In this document: piece by piece, positions 34,901 through 46,826 of the stretch
How positions within the stretch are numbered: position 1 is the stretch's first letter
Layout of the letters: each line of letters starts with the position of its first letter
The notes under the pieces: generated by a model
Told to the model about the DNA's origin: nothing
Database searches by the model: none
Seen by the model: only the letters and a program-made list of their open reading frames with translations
Translations under genes and position numbers: made by a program
Source of the DNA: Leucoraja erinacea
Taxonomy: Eukaryota
Length of the DNA stretch: 64,000 nucleotides
Direction of reading: 5' to 3'
NCBI RefSeq assembly: GCF_028641065.1
Contig: NC_073406.1
Coordinates: 15,252,001-15,316,000, forward strand

Positions 34901-37900
34901 TGAGGAAGGACATCCTTGCTATTGAGGCAGTGCAGCGTAGGTTCACAAGGTTATTCCCCGGGATGGCGGGACTGTCATATGAGCAAAGATTCGAAAAACT
35001 GGGCTTGTATTTACTGGAATTTAGAAGGCTGAGAGGGGATCTTATGGAGAGTTGTGAATTTGTGGAATTCTCTGAGTTCTGAATTTGTGGAATTCTCTGC
35101 CACAGAAGGCAGTAGAGGTCAATTCACTGGATGAATTTAAAAGAGAGTTAGACAGAGCTCTAGGGGCTAGCAGAATCAAGGGATTTGGGGAGAAGGCAGG
35201 CACAGGTTACTGATTGTGGATGATCAGCCATGATCACATTGAATGGTGGTGCTGGCTCGAAGGGCCAAATGGCCTCCTCCTACACATATTTTCTGTTTTT
35301 ATGTTTCGGTGTTTCACTCAGTTACACCTTTTTGTCCTATCAGAATCCACAATCTGCAGCCTCTTGTTCTCCAACTATCACCTCCCAGCCCCCTATTGCT
35401 ATCCCCATCCTTCCCTCCTCCATGTGTTTTCTGCTAATCTACCATTCCGACGCAAGAAACTGCAAATGCTCGAATCTTGAGCAAAAAACAAGATGGCGGA
35501 GGAACTTGTCGGGTCAGGCAGCATCTGTGGAGGGAACTGATGTTTTGGATCGGAACCCTTCTTCAGACTGATTCTCACCCGTGTCCACCTATCACTTGCT
35601 AGTTCTTGTCCCACCCCTATCAGCACCCCTTCCCCTTCACCTCTTACACTGACTACTTCTCCTCTACTGACAGTCTAGATGTAGGCTCGAAATGCCAATT
35701 GTCTATTTCCCTCCACAGATGCTACCTGACCCACTGAGTTCCTCCAGCTGCTCTTAATTTGCTGCAAAAAAAACACCAGGTTCTTCTAGCCATTAATTCT
35801 AAGAGCTAAACTTTTGTTCTTTCATGTTTTTTGCAATGTACAGTTTTTAATACAATGTTTGATATGGGCTGACAGAAAATTTAATTTGAACCTGATTGTG
35901 TTTTAAATTTTAGAGTTGGGACTTGAAACTCAACGAGAGTGCAGTGAAACTCAGGACACTGGGTGTGAGTGCAAAGAAGGATATTTCTGCTTGGCAAAAA
36001 CAAAGGACAAATGCCACATGTGTACAAAATATATCACACATTTTTTGAATGACAGTAAAACTGATAAAGGTATGTTACTAAATTGGTGATTTGTCAGGCA
36101 AGTCACACAGTAACTGGATATGCATGTCGAACTGGTGCAAATAGATTCTGGACCCCTTCTGGTGCCAATTAGCAGAAATGTACAGGGGAAAGCCCAAATC
36201 CACCGCAGAATTCAGGTCAATTAAAAACAAATTGCCTATGCTATGCTAAACAAAATTCACATTTCAGTGCCATAGATGCAAAGTAAATGCAAAGTGCTGC
36301 TATCTCTTTAAAAAGCATAGCTGAGAATGGAGCATTATGAAAACCTGGTTTCCTGTGATTGCCCACAATATTCACAAAGCAGAGAAGTAACCTAATTTCA
36401 CATGCAACTGCTCCAAAGGAGATGTGCAGAAGTATGTGAGCTTTTGATGTGCATGCGAAATACATAACTTCTTATATGCACAATTGTACCCTGTAGAATT
36501 TCCTGATTAAATTTTGTGAATACACAAGTCACCCAGAATTACTCTGTTTCCACAACTACAACTGTGCGATATTTATAAATGTGGAGCCAAGAAAATACAT
36601 TTCTAGACCGTTGTTTGTTTTCCTGCATCTCTCAAACAGCGCGACTCAAATTTACAGGGATTACTTTCCATTTGAAACATAAAAGCATTACACGAGAATA
36701 CATTTCCTTCATCAGTCCTTCTAGAAAAATGGTTAACACCCACTCACATAGAAGGGCACATATAATCGAGTTTAATGACAGTCACAATATTAAGTAGCAA
36801 TACTGATATTTAGATACATATAACACAATAGGATTAGGAAATTGTAAAGAGAAATCTAACTATCATAACCAATTAAAAAAAAGTTGGTTTCCAGACATGA
36901 TACGTCATATTACCTAGTAATACTGATCATTTGGAGGCACAAGGAACTGCAGATCGTGGTATCTTGCGTAGAACACAACATGCTGGACTAACACAATGAG
37001 TCGGGCAGCATCTCTGGTAAAACATGAATAGGCGATGTTTCAGCTCGATACCCTTCTTCAGACTCCTCCGAATGATAACATTGTGTTATTGGTTATCATA
37101 TATTTATTTGTTGTATTCTTGTGTTAATGTGCCTGTAAAGCTGCAACAAGAATTTTATTTTATCATTAGGCTCAATTCTACTTGCTTTACATTAATTTTT
37201 TTTTAATTCCAATCTAGGTGAATATGACAATTGACTATATGAAAATTAAATACCCTTAACTCTATGTGTTAGATACCATTTACAACGGGCGTTGTACAAT
37301 AGGTTCAATTAATGGGTGTACAGACTGAACTTATTATCTTTTTCTAATTTGGTGTTTTTATAATCCTGATTAAAATATCCAGAATGATAAAATTGCCTTC
37401 AGGGATAGCAAGAAAAGATATTCCGATGTCCAAATTTACACCAAATATTGGTCAACTAAACATGTCACAATGAAAGCTTAATGAGTTAACATAGTGCACT
37501 GCAGAAATAGTTTATTTGAAAATATTGGTCGGTGTCGGCCGCTACACTTATTAATTATGAACTAAAAACCTGGAAGAGGACTGCTCATCCGCCCAGCTTA
37601 CCCTTGAGTAAATCTGCATCATGATGGATGGCCAACACATCTAATGCTGATTAGTGTGTTCATTTCAAAGTATGCTTTGCGACAGATATTGATCCCAAAT
37701 ATTGTCAATTAATCAACACAAGGATAAAGACAGCAAGAGCCAAGAGTGTTTAATTGTCATATGCACCATGAAGAGAACAATATAAATTCTTACCAGCTGC
37801 AACTTTACAGGCACATTAATGCAATAACACAAAGTGTATAATCAATAATAACAATAAAATATCAGTTATACTAAGTAACTAGACCATAATAGTTCAAACT

Positions 37901-39662
37901 GCATAGTGCAATCTATTAAAAAGTTTATTGTACTTCATTGCTGAGTTAAGGTTGCGCCCTGTAGTTTGAGAGCCTGATGGCTGAAAGGAAGAAACTATTC
38001 TTGAACCTGGAGGTAGCAGATCTCAGCATCTTGTTCCTTCTACACTATGGTAGCAGCAAGATAAGGCCATGGTCAGGGTGATACAGGTCTTTGATGATAT
38101 TAGCTGCCTTCTGGAAGCAGCACTTCCTGTAGATTCCATTGACAGCCGTGAAGTTGGTGCAGACGGTGGATTAGACAATGTTTACATTTTTGGCAGCCTG
38201 CTTTCTTTGTAACCTTTGTGTTACCGTGCCAGGCCGTGATAGAATCAGTCAGTATGCTTTGTACTGTACACCTATAGAAGTTCAATAGAGTATTCAGTGA
38301 CAAGCCAAATCTTCTCAAACCTGAGGAAGTAGAGGTGTTGGTAAAATTTATTTGTGCATCAATGTGCTTGGCCCAGGATGGACCGTCAGATATGTGCATA
38401 CCCAGGAGCATAAAGATGTTGGCTCACTCCATCGCCGTCCTCCATACTGTATGCGACCATCCTCACTCATTGCAATTTTCTGGAGAAACAATTCTACTCT
38501 AACAGGTTTATAGTGGTCCCACCTCATTAGTTGCAATATTCAATATTCAGACTGTAAAGAAAATTAACAGCATGACAATATTGTCTTCACAATATTTCAG
38601 TAATTTCTGACCTATAAATACAGAAATGCATTTATACAATTGGTTTTGATCCCAAAATGCATTACAGTCAATGAAGTGTAATTGAAATAGAAAAAGCTAA
38701 ATTAATAATGATATGAAGTTGCATGAGGAATATATAATGTCCAGGTAACCTGGGATATCTCCCTTCTTTTTCTCCAAAATATTAGAATGTATTTGCTTAC
38801 ATTCTCTCAGTAGGACCTCAATTTAACATTGTATTAACCATACCATTCATATTGGTAACACGATCATAATTTTAGTGCACATTACTAACTTTACTGCTTT
38901 CTTTAACCAAACGTAGGTGACCTCAAACAACAAGCAGCGAAACCAACAGCACAGTCTGTACTTACTCAAGCCAATGTTAAACCTATGGAGCCAGATGGTA
39001 CACAGAATCCATTGCAACCTGTGAACAAAACCGTGAGAAGGAAAACTATTCCTAAATCAGAAACAGACAAACTCCTGAAATGGGAGTTAGCTCCAGAAAC
39101 ATCCGCAGGAAAGTCCAAGGTTGCACGTGTGCAGGAGCCGGCAACAATAAGAAAGACACTAATGACACTGATACAATCAATTGATCAGACATTTCCTAAA
39201 GAATCTTTAAAGCTTCAGGAGGCAGGAAACAAAGTTCTTACAGAATTTCAAAATAGTGTGCAGACCAACTTGGGGAACATGCAGAATGTAATGCAGGTTG
39301 GGCTGGCAGATATACAAAATTCTATTCAATCTAGCATGGCTGGCTTGCAGGGCACTATAAAAACAGGCATGGAAGAGATTAAGAGTGCACTGCAGACAGG
39401 AATGACTGGCATTCAAGAAGCTTTAATTTCCGGGATGACTGAAGTCAAAGGCATAAAAATTGGTCTCACTCTGACTGATAATACTCTGAAACAAATACAG
39501 GCAAATTCACAATCTAACTTGGTACTGATGACCAAACAGCTTGGTTCACTCGTCAATGTATTGACCAAGTCTCCCTCAAACCAGACCATCCCCTTCATCC
39601 AGTTTAAGGATATTATTTGTAATAAAGCTGAGACAATAGAGCAAACAACAAAGCAACCTTAA
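25907..39662 (+). CDS. TNFRSF14/HVEM-like protein, predicted secreted, with hendecad coiled-coil tail, 381 aa; join(25907..25921,31246..31348,31806..31931,35914..36069,38917..39662)
   Basis: GT-AG exons with phases 0,1,1,1 give 1146 nt open. HVEM-type CRDs (CGSDEY..CCSMCQPG; GTYMDRSNGLEKCMKCKYCD; ECKEGYFC...CHMC). No transmembrane exon was found. The first and last exon assignments are inferred from splice signals and frame only. Confidence 0.7.
26755..27105 (+). mobile_element. PLE pseudo-LTR insertion followed by a heavily degraded tandem copy, within a CR1 fragment
   Basis: Clean copy at 26762-26895; indel-riddled copy at 26910-27100; caaagaatat(aag) occurs at about 26743, 26892 and 27098. 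Confidence 0.65.
29410..30095. mobile_element. Harbinger-type MITE containing a nested hAT element
   Basis: TIRs TGGTCCTGTCCCACTTAGG and CCTAAGTGCGACAGGGTCA, interrupted at 29442. Confidence 0.65.
29442..29956. mobile_element. hAT (Charlie-like) non-autonomous element with nested PLE fragment (about 29519-29650)
   Basis: TIRs CAGGGGTCGGCAACC and GGTTGTTGACCCCTA; subterminal tggcccg repeats. Confidence 0.65.
30202..30610. mobile_element. Truncated Harbinger-type MITE
   Basis: TTA followed by TGGGCCTGTCCCACTT left end. The body is related (reverse complement) to the interior of 52095-52788. Right end not found. Confidence 0.55.
31246..31348 (+). CDS. HVEM-like exon (signal peptide + start of CRD1)
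   Basis: ctttctatttag|VCCILLLIFNLQLVTSCGSDEYNFQDLCCSMCQP|gtaagt. Confidence 0.9.
31806..31931 (+). CDS. HVEM-like exon (CRD1/CRD2)
   Basis: cattacag|GTRVLKHCTATLETMCISCTHGTYMDRSNGLEKCMKCKYCDA|gtaaat; resembles HVEM GTY..NGL.KC..C..CD. Confidence 0.92.
32323..32817 (-). mobile_element. Rex1/Babar LINE 3' fragment
   Basis: [23 protein letters not shown]...[19 protein letters not shown]; (TCTGAA)n tail. Confidence 0.85.
33115..35305 (+). mobile_element. 5'-truncated CR1 LINE (decayed ORF2 with reverse transcriptase)
   Basis: GDHNMISF, DRPVSLTSVVGKMLE, VDVVYLDFQKAFDKV, GVP*GSVLGP, SKFADTKLGG; multiple stops and frameshifts; CR1 3' UTR. Confidence 0.92.
35914..36069 (+). CDS. HVEM-like exon (end of CRD2 + first module of CRD3)
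   Basis: aattttag|ELGLETQRECSETQDTGCECKEGYFCLAKTKDKCHMCTKYITHFLNDSKTDK|gtatgt; 156 nt, phase 1 to 1. Confidence 0.9.
37735..38470 (-). mobile_element. Old Rex1/Babar fragment
   Basis: LLGMHISDGPSW...LRRFGLSLNTLLNFYRCTVQSILTDSITAWHGN. Confidence 0.7.
38917..39662 (+). CDS. Terminal exon of the HVEM-like gene: linker + 11-residue-repeat amphipathic helix
   Basis: Branch-like tactaac, pyrimidine tract and tag acceptor at 38916. Phase 1 is in frame with the 225-aa ORF 38985-39662, and the frame stays open for 746 nt in AT-rich surroundings. Confidence 0.72.
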
Positions 39663-40584
39663 GTCACCTTTCTAGCCCATGAGACAGAGTTCAGTTCAGT
39701 TTCCAGCTGTGCATAATGTAATATACTGAGCCGCTGATGTATTTTACAGTGGCTCAGCCTGCAAGCCAAAGCATGCATCCAACACATTTCAAAAATGAAA
39801 AAAAAAGCATAATCCTTTCATTTGCATCCTGGTATATACTTGACTTTCATTTTTGCAGTTTTTTTTACAATATTACTAAACTATAAAACTTCCTTTTGTC
39901 AACATTTTTCTTTCAGTTGCCATACTAAAAATAACACGTTAATGAAACCACATACTTGAAGAAATAATTATCTTGATTATCTAAACATCAAGCTGATAAT
40001 CATGGCAATGTTTTCTAAATTTATATTTCTTTCTTTTTGATTTTTCATAATGAAGCATTTAATTACACATTCTACTTACATTTCTAATTATACACATATA
40101 ATTACATTTTTCTAGTGTAAGAAGAATTTAAATTCCCAGTTTGGCAGCATAACTTCATCTTTAATGAAACATGGGATTCGAAAAGACTACCAAGAGCAGG
40201 ATTGCTGCATAAATGTGACTGAGCCAATGTTCAGAACAAGGTCAGTTTAGTTATTTGGAATGTAAGACTGGGATAGGAGTATAGGAGGGATTTCTCTTTG
40301 CAAACAAAATATTCTCACACCAATCATTAATTACCAAGGACACCATGTCTAGTTTGTTTCAAAACAACCCGAAGTGTGGACCATCTCAATCATTGGAAGT
40401 TTTACAGGATAGGGATAGGGATGATTTTCCAGAGCTCGAGAAAAGCTAGAAGTCTTGTCATTATATTTATCCAGCCTTGAAACTGGACAACCGATATGGT
40501 GGATTTAATTTATTTAGTCTTTATGGTAAAGGCAGACCAATCTCAAAAACAAAAGCTACTTTTCTCAGAAAGGAGAGAAAGATA

Positions 40585-40665
40585 CAAAGGCAGAGAGAGA
40601 TGGAGAGAGATAAAGAGAGACAGAGACAGAGACAGAGAGACAGACGGAGACAAAATCAGAGAGGG
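40585..40665. repeat. GA/GACA-rich microsatellite
   Basis: gagagagatggagagagataaagagagacagagacagagacagagaga... Confidence 0.8.
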
Positions 40666-41315
40666 AGCCGAACATGAGTTTTATGGTTACTCTGTGGAGG
40701 CCAAGTTAATGGATATTTTTACTGCGGAGATTGACAGATTTTTGATTAGTAAAGGTGTCGGGAGTTTTGGGGCGAAGGCAGGAGAATGGAATTGAGAGGG
40801 AAAGATAGATCAGCTATGATTGAATGGCAGAGTAGACATGATGGGACGAATGGTCTTATTCTGCTTCTAGAACATGAGTTTTTGAGTGCGTGTCAATAAT
40901 ACATAAATGATCATAATAACTCGTGTGCTGTGCTGTTTCACATATGATTTTCCTATATTGGAGGCATATCTTCAATTCAATACAATTTAATACCAGAATA
41001 ATATAGTTGCCATATCATGATTAAAATATAAATCTTAAAATGGCATAGCCCAAGAATGTACTTTGTTACATGAAATCATGTTTAGCATGATGTAATAAAA
41101 ACTTGCTTGCACTGTACAACAAGCAAGAGAGGAATATTGCCTGATAATATGTGCTTATAATAAACCCGATTAGTCCATCATGTGTCTTATGCATTCTATT
41201 CTAACCTGAAGAAACTGTAAAATTAAAAGCAAAAGCAAAATGTTCAGCATGTCTGCATGTTATTACATTTTTATTGTAATTTTGGATTTATAGTCAAGCA
41301 CCTACTGCACGGCAC

Positions 41316-42857
41316 ATTCAATTCAATTCAACTTTAATGTCATTGCACATATACGAGTATGGGTACAACGAAATGCAGTTTAGCGTCAGTCCATAGTATA
41401 GTGCAATATAGAAATAAAAATAAAAATACGGAATAATCAAACAATGTGGACAGAGAGACTGGAGAAGTCTATCGGCGGGACTCCGAGTTCAGCAATGTGA
41501 TGGCATTATTGTAGAAGCTGTTCCTCATCCTACTGGTACGAGACCTGAGGCTCCTATACCGCCTCCCTGATGGGAGGAGGGCAAACAGTCCATGGTTGGG
41601 GTGGGAGTCTTTAATGATCTTCCCGGCCCGTCTCAGACACCATTTTCGGTGGAGGGCATCCATGGCAGGGAGCGGGGCACCGATGATGTACTGCGCGGTT
41701 TTCACCACCCGTTGTAGTGCCTTCCTGTCCGCTACGGTGCAACTGCTGTACCATACCGTGAAGCAGGTGGTCAGGATGCTTTCGATAGTACAGCGGTAAA
41801 AGTTGGTCAGGATCTGGGGGGACAGGTAAGCTTTCTTGAGCCTCCTCAGGAAGTAAAGGCGCTGCTGCGCCTTTTTGATCAGCTTGGAGGTGTTGAGGGA
41901 CCAGGACAGATCCTCCGAGATGTTTACCCCGAGGAATTTGCAGTTGGAGACGCGCTCCACCTCGGTCCCGTTTATATGGATGGGGATATGTCTGCCCCCT
42001 CTGACCTTCCTGAAGTCAACAATAATTTCCTTCGTCTTCTTGGAGTTGAGGACGAGGTTATTGTTGGCACACCAGGTTGTCAGGTGCTGGACCTCATCCC
42101 TGTAGGCTGACTCGTCGTTGTCACTGATCAGTCCTACCACCGTGGTGTCGTCGGCAAACTTAATGATGGCGTTGGAGCCATTCTTAGGGATGCAGTCATG
42201 GGTGAAGAGGGAGTAGAGGAGAGGGCTGAGCACACAGCCCTGAGGCACGCCGGTGTTCAGTGTTATAGTGGAGGAGGTGAGGTTGTTGACCCTAACAGAC
42301 TGCGGTCTGTTGGTGAGGAAATCCAGTGTCCAATTGCAGAGGAAGGTGGAGATGCCAAGTCCGCTGAGTTTGGTGATCAAGCTGGCGGGGATGACAGTGT
42401 TAAAGGCGGAGCTGAAATCAATGAACAGCATCCTGATGTAGGTGTTATTGCTGTCCAGGTGGGTCAGGGCCGATATGGCATCCTCTGTAGACCTGTTGGT
42501 CCGGTAGGCAAACTGATGGGGGTCCAGTGTGGGGGGGAGGCTTGCTTTGAGGTGAGCCAAGATCAGCCACTCAAAGCACTTAGCAATGACAGGGGTGAGT
42601 GCCACTGGGCGGAAATCGTTGAGACTCCCTGTGGCTGCTTGTTTGGGCACTGGCACAATGGTTGATGTCTTGAGGCAAGTGGGGACAACACCCTGGGCCA
42701 GTGACAGATTGAAAATGTCAGTGAGGACTGGGGATAGTTGTCCAGCACATGCCCTGAGCACCCGCCCGGGGATGCCATCGGGGCCGGCAGCTTTGTGCTC
42801 ATTCACCTTGCTCAGTGCATCTTGTACAGCAGCGGTGGAGAGACTGAGGGGTTGTGC
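41316..42857 (-). mobile_element. 5'-truncated Rex1/Babar LINE with open reverse transcriptase ORF
   Basis: 474-aa ORF 41469-42893 with [42 protein letters not shown] and [10 protein letters not shown]; (TGAAT)n tail. Confidence 0.93.
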
Positions 42858-45800
42858 AGAAATAATGATGAAGGATTGCAAAAACAAACTCAACCTTGCC
42901 TCGTCTCTTTTCCACTGTTCTCCCCCACCCCTCTAATGGCAATGGTGTATTATTTATCCAATGGGTTGAAGATCAAATGATTTTGTGAACAGAGTGCCAC
43001 TCCTTCAACTTCACTTCACAGACGAGAAAAAAAAGGATCAATGCTGTTACAGCGTGAACGTAGTAGTTTGAAACTGCTTAGCCATTTCATATATCTGTCA
43101 AGTCAAACGATAATGGCGCAAATTTGAAATCACCTGTAGCCCAGACCATGTAAACTTGATAGGTCTGAACTTGATAGGTCATCCGTCTGAAGAAGGATTT
43201 TGGCCCGAAACGTTGCCTATTTCCTTCGCTCCATAGATGCTGCTGCACCCGCTGAGTTTCTCCAGCTTTTTTGTGTAACCTAAACTTGATAGGTATCTGA
43301 AGGACAATTTGATGTTTTTAATACATCTTCTATGCTATGTCTTTCATGGAGGATATGATTGGACCAGCTGTTAAGGTCTTAAATAAACACTTCACCCAAC
43401 CATTGCAAAGATAACAATTCCTTGATCTCAGCTAGAGGATAGCTAGAGAAAGTGTACCTTCCCACAGGGACTAATGGGGAAATATATGTGTGGAGTCACA
43501 GGTTATGAGTGAGGTCCTAAATGTCTCAACAGTATTCACTTGGAAGAAGATATGGAAATAGAGTTATGGGAGGGAAATGCTGATATTAAGCTAGATAAAT
43601 CAACAGGACCTAATGCTATTTTTGAATGCTTCAGTAAGCAAGGTAGGAGATTGCTAGGGTTCTTAGGCAGAATATTTTCATCTTTGATAGTCTCGGAAAA
43701 TGTCCAAGAAAAATTGAGGCGATCAAATGCTGTCCCCTCTTCTGATACTGTACAACAAACAGGAGAAGAATGTTGCTTGATATGTACTCATAGCAATAAA
43801 CCATATATAAGGTGTCTTCTGTAAAGTCCCAGACTATCCAAACTCTTGCTGTAACTCAAGCACAGGTAAAATCCTGATGAATTTCTTCTGCACCCTTTCC
43901 AACCTAAAGACATCCTTCCTGTAGTTGGGTGTCCAGAAATGCAAAAAAGTGTGGTCTCACCAACGACTTGACCAGCTGCATCATGATGTCCCAATACTTG
44001 TACTAAATCTCCTTCCCAATGAAGGCAAGCAATCCAAAAGCCTTCTTCACCACACTCCCCACCCGACATGATTTTTACGAAACCATGATGCACCTGTACT
44101 CTTAGATCTCTCTGCTCTGCTCTGCAACACTCTCCATTTTCTATGTAAGTTCATCCCTGGCTCAACATTTCATACCTGGCAGAGTTAAATTCAATTTGCC
44201 ATTCCTTAGCCATCTTTGCAACTGATCTAGATCTTGTAGTCCAACAAAAAGACGGCCCTGCTGAGCTTTAAGGGGACCTATTCTTTCTCCCGTCACCTTT
44301 TCTTTCTTAATATACTTGTAGAATTTCTTGGACATTTTGCTTCACCTTGCCTGCCTGCCCCATGTCATGTCTACCTTTTGCCTCCCAACTGCTTTCTTAA
44401 GTGTACTCTGACACTTTTCATATTTGCGGATTCACTTGCCTAAATCTGACATGGGCCTTCTTTTTCCTGACCAGTGTCAACATTCTCATCAACCAGGGTT
44501 TTCTAAACTTACCAGTCTTGCACTTCATAGACTGCCCCTATACTCTTGCTATCTCACTTTTGATATTCTCCAACTTGCCAGATGTCCCCTTTACTTGTAA
44601 ATAGGCTCTTTCACTGAACCTCTGCAAGTTCCTGCCTAATGTTTTCAAAATTGATCTTGCCCAATTTAAGACTTTAACATCTGGACCAATCCTATCGTGC
44701 TCCATGAATTACAGTTATTGGTTCCAAAGTGCACCCCTGACAATGACACTATCGTCAAGGACGCCCACTATCCAGGCCATGCCTTCTTCTTGCTACTACT
44801 GTCAGGTTGTGGGTAGATGTCTTTAGTCCCACACAACTAGACACAACTGCTTTCCTACAACCATCAGGTTTGTGAACCGTCCTACACAACCCTAATCCTA
44901 CTTTGGCAGAAGAACACCACAGAGAACCTTTTACATTATGGTGAATCAGCATGAAGAAGGGTCTCGACCCGAAACGTCACCCATTCCTTCTCTCCAGAGA
45001 TGCTCCCTGTCCTGCTGAGTTACTCCAGCATTTTGTGTCTACCTTCAATTTAAACCAGCATCTGCAGTTCTTTCCTATATATTATGATGGACTTGCCTTT
45101 CAATTGTGTTTTGAATTGTCTTTTTTATTGAAGTCATTTTTCCCCACTGTCTTTTATGTGTAATTTATGTGCAATTTATCTTTTTGCGTATATCTGAGAC
45201 TCTTACTGCTACATGTAAGATTTTAATTGTACCTGTACCTCGACATGAGGTATTTATTAAATTTAAAATATATATTTATTAAAATGTGTTTACTATATAG
45301 TATCTACATGTATTACAGACCAATTATGTTGCCACAAGTAATAATTTCATTGTTCTGTTGTTGACACATGACAGTTAAGCGCTCTTGACTAGAGGACGGG
45401 GAGGGAACAGAGCGACAGGAGTGTAGTAAGAAAGGTGTACGCGGACGTGGAAAGAAAATGTGTGGGGGTGGCTGGGTTGATGAGAAGGAGGGGTAGATGA
45501 AAAGGACATGGACTGTTTAATTGAAATTGGAGGCATTCATTGGTGGGTACAGCAACATTGAAGTGGTGAAATTTAATGCAGGCTACCCAAATGTAATACA
45601 AGATGGGTGTTCTACCAGTTTGCTTATGCCTTAACTCTGGCAGTAGAGGATGTCAAGGTCAGACAGGTCAGTACAGGAAGAGGAACTAAACTTTTGTGGT
45701 AGCAGTTGCCCAGTCTGCACTTGGGAGTCATAATCATTTAGCATGGAAACAGGCCCATTGGCCAACTTGCTCACACAGACCAAGATGTCCCATCTACACT

Positions 45801-46599
45801 TATCCCATCTACCTGTGTTTTGGTCCATATCCTTCTAAACCACTCCTGTCCAAATGTCTTTGAAATGCTGTTAAAGTACTTGTCTCACCTACTCACTATC
45901 CTCCCTCTGTGCCTCAGATTCCCTTTACATTTCCCCCTCTCTCCTTAAACGAATGTTCCCTGGTTCTTGATTTCCCTACTCTGTACATTCACCCTATCTA
46001 TTCCCCTCATGATCTAATACCCCTCTATAAGATCATCCTTCATTGTTCCATGCTCCAAGGAATGTAGTCCTAGCCCACCCAATCTCTTCCTATAACTCGG
46101 GACCTCAAATTCTGCAAACATCCTCATCAAAAATTGAGGGAGCCACATTTAAGAGCAATGGGCGAAATTGGAGGAGGTTCATGTAAACTCCCAACAGGGA
46201 GAATGTTTCCCCTGGCTGAACAATCTAGAACCAGGATGACAGCAACAAAATAAAGAGTATTCCTTTGATCTGACGTGAGGAGAAATTTCTTCCGAGGGTG
46301 GCGAATCACACTGCATGTGGAAAGTTGTGGTGGAAGCGAAGTCACCGATTACATTCAAAGTTTAGATCAATAGATTACTACGTAACAAGAGTTTGATGAG
46401 ATGTATGGAAAGTGCGGGGAGACTGTACTGAAGTAAATCACCATCTTGGTGGATAATGGCGGCGGCGGCGGCTCCTCATTCTTACACAATGATGCCCAGC
46501 GGACACTTCCTCTGACTAATTTATCGCCTTTACCTGAAAGGCATCGTTCACGTCAGGTCTTTTCCAACTTTTCCGTTTCCCGTAATATGCGCATTAAAC

Positions 46600-46826
46600 T
46601 AATTTAACACTTTGCGCTCCTCTCAGTCCGCCCAAAGTGGTGTCGACATCACAAGAGTAAAGAAGGGTGATTGTGATTGACAGCTTCCCGGCCATCACGC
46701 AGCCAATCCCCAGACACGGACACGGCGGAAATGCACGGGTGAACCAATCGCAGAGGGTCTGGGCGGGACTTCCGGCACCGGCAGACTGACGGAAGGCGCG
46801 CGGATCGAGGAGACAGAAGATGGCGG
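46600..46826 (+). promoter_or_regulatory. CCNL2 CpG-island promoter
   Basis: CCAAT at 46703 and 46744; GC box GGGCGGGA at 46761 next to ETS-type ACTTCCGG; CGGAAG at 46790; YY1-type AAGATGGCGG spanning the ATG. Confidence 0.75.

Noticed and set aside
37024-37206. Hydrophobic stretch LCYWLSYIYLLYSCVNV as a possible missing TM exon of the HVEM-like gene
   Set aside because: Lies in repeat-derived sequence (PLE end plus LINE 3' UTR), has no suitable phase-1 acceptor/donor pair and no basic stop-transfer or tail.
38985-39662. 225-aa ORF as an independent single-exon gene
   Set aside because: The frame stays open upstream to a strong acceptor at 38916 in the phase needed by the HVEM-like exon, and no promoter features are visible. 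Not fully excluded.
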